DNA from: Eledone cirrhosa
Lineage: Eukaryota
Length of the DNA stretch: 64,000 bases
Direction: 5' to 3'
NCBI GenBank assembly: GCA_964016885.1
Contig: OZ024743.1
Span: forward strand, 325,810,001-325,874,000
Shown here: piece by piece, positions 1 to 15,200 of the stretch
Layout: every line of letters starts with the position of its first letter
Numbering within the stretch: the stretch's first letter is position 1
The notes under the pieces: generated by a model
Database searches by the model: none
Told to the model about the DNA's origin: nothing
The model's input: the letters and a program-made list of their open reading frames with translations, nothing else
Translations under genes and position numbers: made by a program

Positions 1-2470
1 CACCCATTTTATTTGTGGTCTTTGTTCCACTGGGATTTCTTGGCACTTCTTCACCCAGCAGTCATCTTCCATGCACATCACATAGCCATACCAATGCAGT
101 CTTCTCTCCTGCACACTACAGTTTATTCCTCTTATACACAGTTTCACTCTCACCTCATCCATGCTTAGTTGTTCATGCACATTGACATTGCACATCCATG
201 CTTGCTTCATTTCTCTCCAGCTGTCGTATGCAGCATCATGCATCTCACAACTGATCTTTCATTTGTAGGGAGAAACCCTTTGTTGTCAACAGAGGAAGCA
301 GCTCCCTAAACTTCTTCCATCCTGTCCTTATTCTAGATACTATGGCCTCAGAGCATCCTGCTCCCTTGCTCATCTGATCACCTAGATATCGGAAGCTATC
401 AACCACCTCTTTAGATCCTACCTGCATTTGAAAAATGTGCCTATCACTGACACTTCTACTATCAAATTTCCCTGAACATCTACTACATATGAAGTTTTCC
501 CTTCCTATTAGTTTGCCTGCTATCCCACTACACCTCTTGTGTACTCAAGATCTGCATTGTGTACATTCTATAGAGCTTATACCAATTCCTTTTCTACATG
601 AACTCCTCACTAAACTCCATTCCTACTCTCACTTTACTGACAGCTCCTCTGTACATAACTTGCACTGTCCTCACAGGCCATTCCTCTACACCTAGTTGCC
701 TTAGGGACCACCAGATGACAGATCAGGGTACTCTATGAAAGGCCTTCTCTAGTCAACAAAAACTAAATATAGTGCCTTATTCTTCTCTAAGACCCTCTCT
801 TGTAGTTGTCTGACTAAGATGTGGGCATCTGTTGTACTTTTCCCAGGCACAAAGCCAAACTGCATCTCATCTAATTTGACTATTTCTCTAATTAGTTGTG
901 CTAGCCCTCTGTCTTTCATAACCTGATCCATCAGTTTTATGCCCCTATAATTGCTCCTCGCCAGAGAGTTCCCTTTACCTTTGTAGCAATACTGCTGCAT
1001 CAGTCTTTGGATATGACTCCACCATACATAGCTTGATTGACTATGCGTGCAACCAGTTTAGTTCCTACTTCTGAAGTCTTCAACATCTCAGCGACTATCC
1101 CTGACAGACCAATGGCCTTACCACTTTTCATTTCCTTAATTGCCTCATTGACCCTATGATCGTCAATCTGAATAGTTGATATCTGTTGGGGGCTAGTTTC
1201 TCTCTTTCCCATTCATTCTCAATATTCATCAGTGTCTCGTAGTGTAATTTCCAGGCGTCCTTTTTCTGAGCATGTGACGCTAAGTGAACCCGCATAATTT
1301 CAGACACATTTATCTCCAACAACATCCTGATTTACACTGACACTGCTTTGCAATGTGGAACACCTCACGTCTCTGATCCTCTCATCGCAGAATATTGGCA
1401 TACTCCTACTCTTAGCTTCTCTGTGTGCTAAGTATACCCGACATCTAGCCTCTCTTTTAGTGGATGAGTATCGGTCTCCACTTCCCCCATTTTTCCAACC
1501 CTTCCATGCTTGTCTTTTGTCTTTAATGGCTCTACTGTACTGTTCCACCACCAATCACCCTCTGTCTGGTTGAAGCTTTGCTCTAGCCACAAGTCTCTTC
1601 AGTTGCTTGCTGTAGGTTGTCACATAAGAACTTCCAGTTATCTTCTATGTCATACAATTCTAATTCGTCTTCTTTCTCATCATACACATCTTGAAAGGCT
1701 TTCCTAAAGTTATATTTAAGTGAAAGGTCTTTTAGCTTCCAGACCTTTCTGTGTCTCTCATTCTGTCTCCTGCTTATTGAGATGTCACTAACGACTAACC
1801 TATGTTAGGGGGGGGGGTAAAACATTCTTCCCTAGGGCATGCATTAGTATTCAAAACTATCTGCCTGTCTCGTTGCCTAACTAGAAAGAAGTCAATCTGG
1901 CTTATGTGTTCGCCTGATTAGTAGGTTATTAGGTGGTTGGCAAGTTTCCTGAAATTAGTGTTGCAAATGGTGAGTTCACTTGCATTACAAAATTACAGAA
2001 GCCTCACTCCTTCGTTTCTTGAGCCATATCCATCCTGGAGCTGTCCAACATGACCATTGAAGTCACCTACTAGTATAACTAGGTCCCTGTCTTCTGTCAC
2101 TATGGTTGTCTCTAGAAGTTGCTCATAAAAGCAGTCCTCTTCTTTACCTAGGGCCGCTTGGGAGTATAGGTAGAGGTAATTGTCAGCAGTCTATTGTCTA
2201 CAACTAATCTAATCTTAATGATTTTATTACTTTAACTGCCTCTATTGTCTTGCTAATCCACTTCTCGTCCAGTAAAATGCCTACCCCACCTAACCCATCA
2301 TCATTTCCTACCCAGAGAAGCTTATAGCAAAGCTGTTTGCTTGCAATAAGTCTTGCTGAGGCACCTCTTGCACGCATCCACATGTCTTTTCTCTAGCATC
2401 TCCACTATCTCACCAGATCTACTTCTCAGGGTGTCAACATTAAGTGTGGCAACCCTGAGATGTGTCATCT
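1..2470 (-). mobile_element. Degenerate RTE-clade LINE (APE endonuclease to RT and C-terminus)
   Basis: Broken ORFs: LRVATLNVDTL (APE start), [32 protein letters not shown]; many stops and frameshifts. Confidence 0.9.
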
Positions 2471-2918
2471 TTTGTTGATTTTTCCTTTTCTGCAAAGAAA
2501 AATATTTAGAATCATTATCCTCATTATTACTGTTGTTGTGTGATTGCTTGATGACAGGCAGGATGGGGGGTGTTCTCGCACATGGCTGCATTAGTCACCC
2601 CACTACCGTGCGCAGCCCTAACATGGTTAGTGTTATTGTTTACACAGCTATTGTTATACTTGTTAGTTGTGTTTGTAATTTTTTTTGGCATTAATATACT
2701 GGTTGGCTGCTCTTCCTATCACCAGCACCACTTTACAGCATGGACTGGGTGTTTTTATTTGTGCCATCAGCACAAGGGAAGTCATCTTACTGGACTTAGG
2801 AGGGGGCTTCGCCACCCCACACCATTTTATTTGGAGTGGCAGCTCTCCTAGACGGGTTGCCTACACTACAGCTTATGGAGCCACTGTCCTGCTCTGAGCA
2901 AACCTGGGCCACTGTGTA

Positions 2919-2941
2919 CATATATACACACACACACACAC

Positions 2942-2987
<46 letters not shown>

Positions 2988-3188
2988 TAATATAATATAT
3001 ATAATATAATATATATAATATAATATATATAATATAATATATATAATATAATATATATAATATAATATATATAATATAATATATATAATATAATATATAT
3101 AATATAATATATATAATATAATATAATATATATAATATAATATATATAATATAATATATATAATATATATATATAATATATATATATA

Positions 3189-3235
<47 letters not shown>

Positions 3236-3327
3236 TATAATATATATAATATATATATATATAATATATATATATAATATATATATATAATATATATATA
3301 TAATATATATATATAATATATATATAT

Positions 3328-3410
<83 letters not shown>
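2919..3410. repeat. Compound (CA)n/(TA)n/(TATAA)n microsatellite
   Basis: About 480 nt of nearly pure A/T short repeats; source of the spurious YI-rich ORFs. Confidence 0.98.
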
Positions 3411-3412
<2 letters not shown>

Positions 3413-3547
3413 AAGATTCATAGTATCTGCCTACCAAATTTAGCTCAAAACTATATCAAAATCATAAGAACCCATGACCACATGGTTGCAATATCAACTT
3501 AACCACTGGCATGCCTGCACCTACACAAGAGAGATATGCAGACACAA

Positions 3548-3586
<39 letters not shown>

Positions 3587-5626
3587 TCTTCTCTATGCCA
3601 GCAAGGGTTGGACGAGTCATTACTATTGACCTCTCGGATGGGCCAAGTGGAGGATGAGGCTTACATCTACTTCCGTATACAACAGAATGTGCCAGCACTA
3701 GGAGGGTTGTCAAGTCTTTGACACAGCTGATGAGTCTTTTGTTTGGCACATTTTCTACAGTTGGATGCCCTTCCTATCATGAATCACTTTACAGAGGGTG
3801 GTGGATGCATTTTTAACATGTCAACAATACTAGAGGGCTTGTCATTCCCTTGACACAAATGAAGAGTCCTCTCAACCCTTTTTGGTTGAGTTTCTACAGC
3901 TGGATATCCTTCCGATCACCAACTGCCATACCGTGAACTCCTTAACCAGTCTTACCGGCACCTATACAAGAGATATGCATACACATGTAATGTAATGTAA
4001 TGGATAAAATACAAAAAGAACTGAAGAAATGTGTTAAGAGTTTATTGAAATATTTTATTATAAATTAAAATTGGCAGCTTTACTACAAATGGTTGAAACA
4101 AAACAAAAAAAAAAATAAAACAAATTTAGTCATTCTTACCTCTTAACATCCTGTAATGATTAAGCAGAAAATATCTAAAATGGGTTTGTTAATCCAAATG
4201 TTTATAGTACCTTTACTAGTGATCAGATCCTTGTAAAAATTAATATTAGAATATGTGATGCAGTTATAATGCTGTCCTGTATTTTCCAAGAATGTTTTGC
4301 TAAATGTGGTTTCATGTGGTTTGTTAATTAAATATATCTTTGTTGTAGATAGACTGTTGTGAAAATCTGTGGTATTAAGACCTTTAATTTCTAATGTGAT
4401 GCAGTCATAGTGCTGTATTGTACATAAGAATGCCTTCCTAATGCTGATACAGGATGTTAAAAGTTCCAGTCTATAATTTTAGAATTTCATATCTTTTATA
4501 TATGCATATATATATTTTTACATTTGATAAAATAAATTCATATTTAATAGTCATAATAATAATTGTCTGCATATGCAGAAAATGTTTGGTTATTTTTCTG
4601 CATAAGGGGAGCATCGTTTATTTAATAAACTCCCAGTACTTAACTGGTACTTATTTTATTGACCCTGGATGAAAAGCAAAAACCAACTTCCATCAGAATT
4701 TGAACTGAAAACAAGGAGACATAACTAAATATCCAAGACATTTGTTTCAGTATTCTACCAATTCTGCCATTCATCAACTTATTGGTTTCTAATTTTGGCA
4801 CAAGGCCACCAATTTTTATGGGGGAAGTGAAAGTCAATTATAACAACCCTGGTACTTAATTAGTACTTATTTTATCAACTTCAGAATGATGAAAAGCAAA
4901 GTTAACCATGGCAGGATTTGAACTCAGAATGTAAAGAGTCAGAACAAATACTCTTAGGTATTTGTCAGGCACTCTAACAACTCTGCCAATCCAGCTCCAT
5001 ATTAGTAAGAATGGCTGACATATGCACAATATTTTTTTTTTTCAAAGAAGGAGGTATGGTCAATTAATCAAACCAGCATATTACATCTAGGTGTCTTTAT
5101 TAACCCAAGAGGGATGGAGAGAAACTTAGACACGGGTGGGATTTGAACTTGGAGGGAATGCAAGCAGCAATCTTGAAAGTAAAATAAATTAAATTTTGAT
5201 ATTGATTTGTCACTAATAACAAAAATGATAATTTTATATTCAATAAGAAATCATAAAAAAGAAATTGTGATTATTTTGGAGGCTGGTTAAAATCAGTGAA
5301 ATGTATCACAATATCAAATATGATAGCAAAATAGCACAGAATATGACAAGTGTTGTAGACATTGCAGATATAGGGGCAGGAAATATGTATCAATTTCTGA
5401 AATAACATATACACACATTCATATTCATATAATATATATAGATATATAGAGAAAGAGAAAGAGAAAGAGAGAGAGACTGTACAAAGGGATTTTCTGTTTG
5501 TTGGCTTAATTTTAATTAACAGTAATTGTATTAGTATGGTGTGTTTTGGCTAGTTTAGGCTAGCTGTATTTTGTTGTTGGGTAAAATTGTGTAAGGAAAA
5601 ACTATATATATATATATATATATGCA

Positions 5627-5669
<43 letters not shown>

Positions 5670-5883
5670 ATATATACTTGCATAAAACCACATAAAAACC
5701 CATACACATATGAAACTAGACACATTCATCATCCTTTTTATGTCCGTGTAAACTACCAAAATATATGAAGAACATTAATTGTCAAAAATGTCATGCTACA
5801 GATAATTTATAGTCTTTTTTTAGGCGTTGGTCATAAAAGCATAAATAACATAGTACCAACCGACACTTCAGTTTAGGTTTTTT

Positions 5884-6022
5884 TTAAGTAAAATCTCTGT
5901 TTCGCAATATAATTGGTGCAACCAAGGTCCACACATATAAAGCCAAAGCAAGCCAACAAGAAATCATTTTCACCCACATCGATGCAAAGTTGGCATTTAA
6001 TGTTTTCAGGTCTGAGCTTGGT
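5884..6022 (-). CDS. SERINC: SERINC last coding exon (RPSSDLK...WVKMISCW...[15 protein letters not shown])
   Basis: tttctAG acceptor, TAA stop at 5884-5886, conserved family C-terminus. Confidence 0.96.
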
Positions 6023-9000
6023 CTAGAAATAGAAACAAACAAACAATATATATATATTTATATGATAATAAAAGTTTCTGTATTTTCATTACACAGATAA
6101 CAGAGAGTAGGATACATATAATACAAAAACAGAAATGCTATACATATATGTATATGAATGAGCATGTACTCACATACATGAAGAACACATATTATAGAAA
6201 AGATCTGCCAACTAGTACAAGTATTGCAACAATAAAAGTAAAGAGACCAGAGACTACAGCGTTTGGCCTTCAAAATTCAACAAAGACAATATAGTTTGAG
6301 AGGTCTTCAGTTTGATGTAACTTATCACAACCTCTTAAGAGATGGTGCCCCAATAAAATACACCCAGTTCACCCTGTAAAGTTGTGGTGCTGGCATCAGG
6401 AAATGAGACGAGTACAGCCTGTAAGGTGGTTGGCATTACAAAGGACATCCAGCCATAGGTTCCATGCCAAATATGGAATGTAATGAACAAGATTGGTCAT
6501 TGAATGGTCTGGTTTGGGACCCTTTCCTCTCTGGCATGGGTGATCAACCCATGCCACAAAGGAAGGGAGACAAAATGACGATATATACATATATATAAAC
6601 AAATTCTCATCACAATAATATTATTATCATTATAACTTCATATCTTATTTTCCATGATATCATGGCATGAACAGGTTGTTATAGTCCATATTTGAATTTA
6701 GTGTTCTCCAACATAGGTCTATAGCCACATCTTATTCATAGCTTACATTTTTGGTAAGCATTCTACAGCTGGTTGACCTGTCATAACCAGCTACTTTACA
6801 GAATGTACTAGGTGCATTTTATGACACCAGCAATGTAGAGAAGTTGTAATGGCCTCTGCATGACTAAACAATCCCTATTAGTCTCCTTTTGTTAGTTCAC
6901 CAGCACTAAATACTGTCCAAATTTACTCCTCCCTTGATATTGTACAGTTGGGATGGGTTTTAAAAGATTTAGATATTTACAAATATATTAGAATAAGTGC
7001 TTCTCAAATAGTTTTCCTATGACAATACTCAGCCAAAATAATGGCCACATTATTAAGTTCATCATCATCATCACCGTTTTACGTCCGTTTTTCCACGCTA
7101 GCATGGGTTAGACGAGTTGTCCTGTTGTGGGCAGTGTCTGGTCGGCTGACCTTGTCTTGCTCATACAGGAACTGATTTTGGCTTGATTTCTACAGTTGGA
7201 TGCCCTTCCTAACACCAACCTCATTTACAGTGAGTACTGGGTGCTTTTTCCGTGGCACTGCATGTCCACTTTACAGTGTGGGCTGGGTGCTTTTTTGCCG
7301 TGGCACCTCCACGACCACCTTGCAGTGGGAGGGTGTGGAGGCATATTGTCTATATGCTTCAGCTTGTACCCATGGGAGGTCGGTAGTCTGTATTACTGCG
7401 TGACGCCAGAAGTCACGGTTGTCTAATATAATTTAAAAAATCCCACACTAGCTGTAGTAAAGTTTTGAGCTTATGACTAATAAGATCAGTAGTGAGCCTG
7501 GAATATTTAACACCCTGTACCACATGAAGCAGCCTTAGCAAGTCATTCTTGGAAAGTACAAAACAACACTATACCATTATCATTATCATTTTATTTCTAT
7601 TTTTCCATACTGGCATTAAAAATTAAAGTATATAGTTTCATACAGCAAATTTTCACAATGATCTATCCACTAGTAAAGACACTATAAGCATTTTAATTAA
7701 CAAACCAATTTATAAATATGTTCTGCTAAATCATTGCAGGATGTTAAGAGTTAATACTGTCAATTTTCACAGTGATCTGTTCAATAGCAAAGATACTACA
7801 AAACTTTGAATTAAACCCATTTTCAGATATTTTCTGCTAAATAATTACAGGAGTTAAACTGTAGCAGCAACATGTTACCAAGTAAATGAATAAATAAATA
7901 GTATACTAACCTAAACCAATTGGTGAGGGTCATCATAACATATAGTGAGGCCAGGCAGAACATGAAGTGAAAGAAAGAATAGCTGTAAGCAACCTCTTCA
8001 TCTTCATTATCCCAGACATTTTGCCCCGTTTTACCAGCTTCACCATCTTCAGATTTAGTGGAACCTAGCAACAAAAATAAAAGATATATTTATTTTTACA
8101 AAAATAACTGAAAAGAGACATGAAAGTGATATATATATACAATGTGTCTTGCGCATTTGAAACCCTGGTGGGGCCCATCCCTCCCCAGGTCTGAACATAG
8201 TTAACTTTAGAGAGGGGGGGTAGAGAGAGAGAGAGAATTAATGCCAGTACTTTATCAACATTGAAAAGATGGAAGGCAAAGTTAACCACAGTAGGATTTG
8301 AACTCCAAGTGCAGAGAGCCAGAACAATTACTGCAAGAAAATATCCAATGTTCCAATGGCTCTGCTAATTTGTCACCTTAATAACCATTGTACGAAATGA
8401 AAAGAAAAAAAAAGGCATTATCAACTTGCAAATACATAGGCTGTATAGATTGATAAAACAAATGAACCATTTCCTTATCAGTTTCAGAATACATTGGGGA
8501 CAGTTACATTTGTAAGTTGTTGCCATTTTAATCAAACACTGCAACATTTCAATTTTTCATACCACAAAATAAATACCATGCTTCAACATAACTACATTTA
8601 ATAGACATTTTCTTTTTCAAAAATACATTATTTATTTATTTAATCATCATCATCATCATCATCATCATCGTTTAACGTCCATCTTCCACGCTAGCATGGG
8701 TTTGTTAGTAATATAAATTGTTACTAATATAAATTCTGCCATCCAATAACAAAAAAATGTTAAAATTTAATAAAGAAAAAATTAGAATTAATCCCAAATT
8801 TTAGGAATGCAATATTAATTTATAATTGACTTGATAAATCAATATCTTTCTGTGTTTAAAGGATTAAAGGATTATAAAATTTGAAACTAAATAGTATTTC
8901 TAGAGAAATCACCATTAACATTGAACACATATTGCAATAATTATAATATTTTATTTATATTTTCAAATCCAAAAAACTAGTTAAAATGAAAATTCGGAAT

Positions 9001-9203
9001 CAGTGCAGTTTATAGAAGAGTTAAAACATGGTGTGTGAATATAATTCAAGAGAAGGAGGAGCAGCAGCACAGCTTTGTGAAATAAGGAGTAAAACCAAAT
9101 GAAGTCAGTAGAATCAAAGCATGCAGATTTTACGTGCCAATTCAAATCAAAGTAGTTAATTAAGCTTTGTGCATTTCTCTATATACACACACACACACAA
9201 TAA

Positions 9204-9235
<32 letters not shown>

Positions 9236-12200
9236 TTGATTATTTAGTAGCTAAGTGATTAAAGAGTTCACTTCACAACCAGTTGGTTCTGGGTTTAATC
9301 CTGCTGTATTGCACCTTAAGCAAGTGTCTTCTACTATAAATTTAGGTTGATCAATACTTTGAGTGGAATTTGGTAGGCAGAAACTGCAGATCCCTGTTGT
9401 GAATATATGTATGTGTGTCCTTGTGTTTATGTACTTTGACAAAAAAGAGATTGATGAATTAAGTACCAGACTTGTAAAAATAAATACTGAAGTTGATGTG
9501 ATTTAACTAAGTGAAGGCAGTGCCCCAGCATGGTCTCAGTCTGACAGAAACAAGTAAAAGAATATCCAACTGATATTCATTTCATGGTCACTAGAAATAG
9601 CAGCAGTCATATTTTGCACTTCTTTATACAGCTGTCATCCTCCATATACATCAAATGCCTATACCTGCCCAATCATTTAACGTCTATCTTCCACGCTAGC
9701 ATGGGTTTAGACTGCATCCTATCTCTATTACACCCACTTTAACTCTCCGCTCATTAATGCTTTGTTGTATTTAGATGTACACTTATTACACACACATCAG
9801 AGCTTGCTTGTTTCATCTCTTTCCAGTCTTTGCAAATCTTCTGCATTCAAGACCTAAGTCTTGCTTTGCACTTTGCACACAAGCATCATACAACCTATCC
9901 TTCGCTCTGGGAGAGAAACATTTTGGAGCCAACAAAGATATTAGCTCGCTGAACTTTTTGCAACAAGTTCTTACTCTAGGTGCTGTACTTTCAGAACATC
10001 TATCCCCACTGCTAATTAAAGCTGTCAGCTACTTCTAGGGAACAATCCTGGCATTTGATAGAGTCTATTTCATGTGCACTACCACTGCTGCTTACTATAC
10101 CTGTGCATCTGCTACACCTCTTGTGTACTCATAGTTGAAATTGTGTAAACTGTGGGATTCCTATCTACTCCTTTTCTGCATACTGAGCATAACCATTACC
10201 CTGGTGGTATCAGGGGCCTGTTTTCTATTTACTTGAATTTTCGGTCTTGGCTAAATTTATATTTAGGCCTTTCAATTCCAAGTTTTCCATGCTTGAAATT
10301 TCTCTAATTCTATGACAGGTTCAGCTACAAGAAGTAGGTCATGATTGTGTAGGAGTTCCTACAGACAGCCAGACTTAAATTCTTCTTATAGCCTTGAGAA
10401 TGCGATAAAGAGAAGGGGGCTGAGGACTGAGCTCCAGTAGACTCCTATCTGCATGCTAACTTCACTAATTGTTAATTCTCATCTTGCTAACTAAATATAT
10501 CAATACTATTGATACCAGAATTAAGATTTATATGTTTGAGTAGGGATCATAGTGTTTTTGTTAGTTTGTATGTAACTAACTTTCACTCCCCCACACATAT
10601 ACATACCACATATACATACAATATCTACTGGAATCTGATGGTAGAGTGACTACTAATAGTGTTCATGTCTCCCACTATCACCACAATTGGAATAAAGTAG
10701 TGGCATACATCCACGCCACCACCAGTTTACATCTAGCAAAACCCAGGTCACTCCACTGACCACACATGGATATATTTTAAAATAAATAAATGCCTGTATT
10801 GCATTAGAAATATATTACATAAACGTATTACCTAAGATGCTGTCTGAAGAAGTCATGTTGGTAGCATTACACAGAAACATGTATTACAGTGAATTTCATA
10901 AAATGAATTATGTATATTTAGCCATTGCAATTTTCATCATTATTACATATGTTTGAATAAATCTTCACAAATGTCAAACAATTTATATATTTTAAGTTAG
11001 CAACAACCAAGCATTAACTAACAACGATAGTGCCACAATAAATTACTCTTGATAAGTTAGTAAACTGTAATGTTAGTTTTAGAAAATTATTATCTAAAGG
11101 GAAACTATTCTTCACAATTGTGATATTAACTATAATAATACACCATGTGTTTTTGTAGATATATATATATATATCCAGCTGTAACTCAAAAATTTACTTT
11201 CACAAACATGCACACAATGCATTTCCCATCTCAGTCATATTGCTACAATAATAAGTTTGCTTTCCAATCAAAGTCTTGAGTGCTAATCCTATATTTGTCT
11301 CTGCAAATAGTTATTTCCCAAAGTTACTCATACATTTAATCCTGTATATCATTTATTCTAGTACATATATGCTGAACATTTATGTAACTATATCCTAGAA
11401 ATAGATTAAAATATCATTCCTATCTTTAATCACTTCCACGTGTCAGTAATTAACATAAACTATAGGGCTTTCTTATGCAAATTGTTGATTTATCAAAAAG
11501 CAAATTTCATAGTATGTATGATTATATATTCGATAATCCTGGTATATGTGGCATACTAGTCCTTGACACATTATTAATGACACAGGTTCATTAATTTACT
11601 ATAAAATAAAAACTCATGGCACACAATGAATAAAACAAATATTTTTACACTTTTAACCCTAAATAGAAAATAATGTACAATTGTGTTACAGAATTAAATA
11701 CGAATTAATGCAACTAGCTTGTAAGAAAGTTTGAAGACAGTTAATACACGCAAGTGACATTTGAAAGCATTAGACATGAACTGAATTTATGGTTTATAGG
11801 TGGGGAGCATGCATTTCAATACTGCTATTAAGGTAAGCTTGTATATATTTATATATTTGGTTATGGATTACAATTTTCTGAAGGGTCAGTGGGTCAAGTG
11901 GGCTGAGTGATACAAGTGTAAGATTGAACAATACAATAATAACGATTTCTTTATTGGCCACAAGGGCTGACATCAAGAAAAACATTATAATAATAATAAT
12001 AATATTTAAAAAAAAAAAATAATGATTTCTAATAGGCACAAAGTAATTTATATTGGTGGGTGGTGTAGTTGATTAAATTGACTTCCCAACTGTACTAGCA
12101 CTATTTTATCTACCCAGCTTTTGAACTCAAGATATAACTAAATATAGGAAGCATTTTATTTGTACTCTATAATTTCTCTACACAAAAAGATTGTATCAAA

Positions 12201-15200
12201 ATTTCAACGTAATACCTTTCTTTGAATATTTTCAGAGATTGACAAACATTTATTTTTTTTAATTACAAAAGTAAAATATATCTCAATAACATAAGAAACT
12301 TACAACTTTGAATAAAGTATAAGATGAAAAAAAATTATATAATGAAAAAAGGGAGAAGGGGAGAGGGAATGGCAAACTCTATACATCTGTTTAGGCAGTA
12401 TATCTCAGCTGTGCCCCAGTAACAAGATGTTGAGAACATTACCACAGAGAATAGACATCAACACTCACTGCATCGGACATTCCATCACATAGGGCTTCTT
12501 CCTCAGGAAGGATGCATGCCTCATGATTTTGGAGGAAAATGGCAATCCAGAGACTGAGGATATCAGAGCTCTCAATGGTGACTGGCACAAAAAATGATCG
12601 GTCAAGACCCAATATTTGGATATCTTTTCCTACTCGTTCCTATTTATTATTTTAAATACATTCATCATTGTATACTTCTGTTCTTTAATATTGTATGACA
12701 TAGTTGTTATTTAACAATATTTCATGTGTACTTTTTCTGATCTAATTCTAACAGGAATTGTAATGTTCCCTAACAATATTTCTGTTCTTATAAGGAATAG
12801 GAAAACATTGTAACAATACTTCCTTTTACTATACATTATGTAATGAAACACTAATTTTTTAAAAATCATTTGTTACAATATTTCTAATGAAACACACTGT
12901 ATTCTAGTTAATTAAAGAATCCATAAAGATTTACTAAAGTTGTTAATTATTTCATTATTAAGATGTTATATGTAACATAACTAAACAAAAAGTTCCTATA
13001 TGGGTAAATATTTTTTTTTTTTTTACTTGATGTGCATATCATTTTCAACAGCATTGGAAGCCTAAATCAACTGAAATGTCTTTAATCATGAATTTAAACC
13101 AGTCCAAAGCTTCAGTCTGCCTGGCACTTTACTTCTTGCAGAATAACCCTTATAAATAATTACTCTTCAAATTTATGAGATTTTAGAAAATCTTTCAATG
13201 AACCAAATGAATAAACCAACAAGAGAATATCTAAATGGTTACTCAAAAGGCACAATGTAGCATTCACATTTCTTTTAGTATTTAGGTTCTAACTTTTAAC
13301 ATCTCCTACCACAGGAAACCATATTAACAAGACATTCGGGAGAAAGAATAAACCAGTACTATGGCTGTATACTGCAGATTTTCATCAACAAACATTAATA
13401 AAGGCATATATGAAATTAAACATTTGAATTAAACCCATCTTTAGACATTTTCTACTAAATCATAAGATGTTTAAATTTAAGACAACATATCCATATTGAA
13501 AACAGAATAGTCTGAAAGACTAATATATTACAAATCTTTACATATCTCAGTACCAAACATAGCTGACTTGGCCTACATCATCATCGTATAATACATATTC
13601 ATAACAATTGATAGAAAAAATAAAATGATAGAAAGAGACAGAATTTCCCTCAACTAAATTATACTATTAAAATTGATGCACCACAGACAGAGCCAGCACA
13701 AGAAACTTAACTCTTAATGTCCGGTACTGCATGAATCTGCATTAGCAAAGATTTTCTTGAAAAAGTATATAACAGAATTTACATTACATTAAAAATGAAA
13801 GTCATTCTATTACAAATCTTCACAATCTGCCTACTAGTAAAGATATAACAAATATTTGAATTAAATCTATTTTTAGGTATTTCCAGTTAAATAATTACTG
13901 AACATTAGAGTTAAGTTTTAATTCACTAATCTACTGTTATTATGCATTTAAATATTTTGTTATCAAGGTAAAACTTCCAAAATCTATATTTTTTAATGTA
14001 ATTAAATTTTTATCTGATCAGTGAACAAATAAACTCCCCTCTCATGTTATATTTGATATATTCTAATTATTTGTGCAAGTTTGAGGAGAAAACTATCAAA
14101 TAATATATATACTATTCCTTATACAAAATGCTACACTTAACAACACTTAGTGACCAACATGACCGACTGCATATCAGATATTGTCATTAAGTATATGACC
14201 ATTACCTCCATAAAAAGAATTTCCAAGTTTTTCTGTAAAAATTAAAAACACCAGAATATGAAGCCAATTACGATAAAGATAGATTTTTTAAATAAAGAAA
14301 AACAAAAACAAAAGTGATAGAACTAAAACAGTAAACAAAATTGAATTGTGTTAGTGTCAAGAATCAAATGAAGAAAACAGATGAAAATATAAAATAAAAT
14401 GAAGACAGCAGTTGATGAATACAACATGATATCAAGTTAATATAGTACAATGTAATTCTAAGTGAGGAGATATCAGTTCAAAGTGAGGCCATGTCAATTC
14501 AAGTGAGATTAAGAATTTCAAAATGAGATTAACACAAAAAGATTGACTATGGTGTTTTGAGAGATAAGCAGAGCATTAAATAACATCATTCGTAATGTCA
14601 ACTATGTGAACTAGCCTGGTTTATTAGAAGTGTTTTATCAAACCAGTAATAAGACAATCATATGGTTGTAATATTTTCCAAAAGGCGGTGGATTGGCAGT
14701 ATCAGTAGAGCGTCGGACAGCATGTTTTGCAGCATAGAGTTATGGCCCTTTGTATTCTAAGTTCAAATCCCACTATGGTTAACTTCGCTTTTCATCCTTA
14801 CGGAGTCGATAAAATAAATCACCAGCAATGCACTGGGATAATTGCTGGCCTTGTGCCAAAAGTAGAAACAATATTTTCTAAGTGTAAAGTATGGCAACAG
14901 CATCAATATACGATCATAGAAGTCTATGAGTTAACTGCAAGCAATGTTAGACATTTGTGTCTACTTTGTGCTGTTTGTCTAGGTATTACAAAAACACTGT
15001 TCAATGAATAAGCAATTTAACTCTTAACCCTTCAGCATTTAAACCGGTCATATCCAGCCAGAATTCTCTCATCTCTTTCTGTTCAAACCAACCGTAACTA
15101 GCTGCTTATGTGAATGGAGCTCCTTATGAAATCGCTTTTCTCACTTTGAAGTGTTATCTAGTCCTTTTGAAATCGTTATTCTCAGTTTGATCTGACATGA

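Noticed and set aside
2796-3437. Long Y/I-rich ORFs
   Set aside because: Translation of an AT microsatellite
3727-3745. CTGATGA occurrences here and at about 18303, 19980 and 32119
   Set aside because: No pairing stem II followed directly by GAAA; expected by chance
10600-10735. Possible additional exon in intron 10
   Set aside because: In-frame stop in the required phase and no SERINC-like sequence
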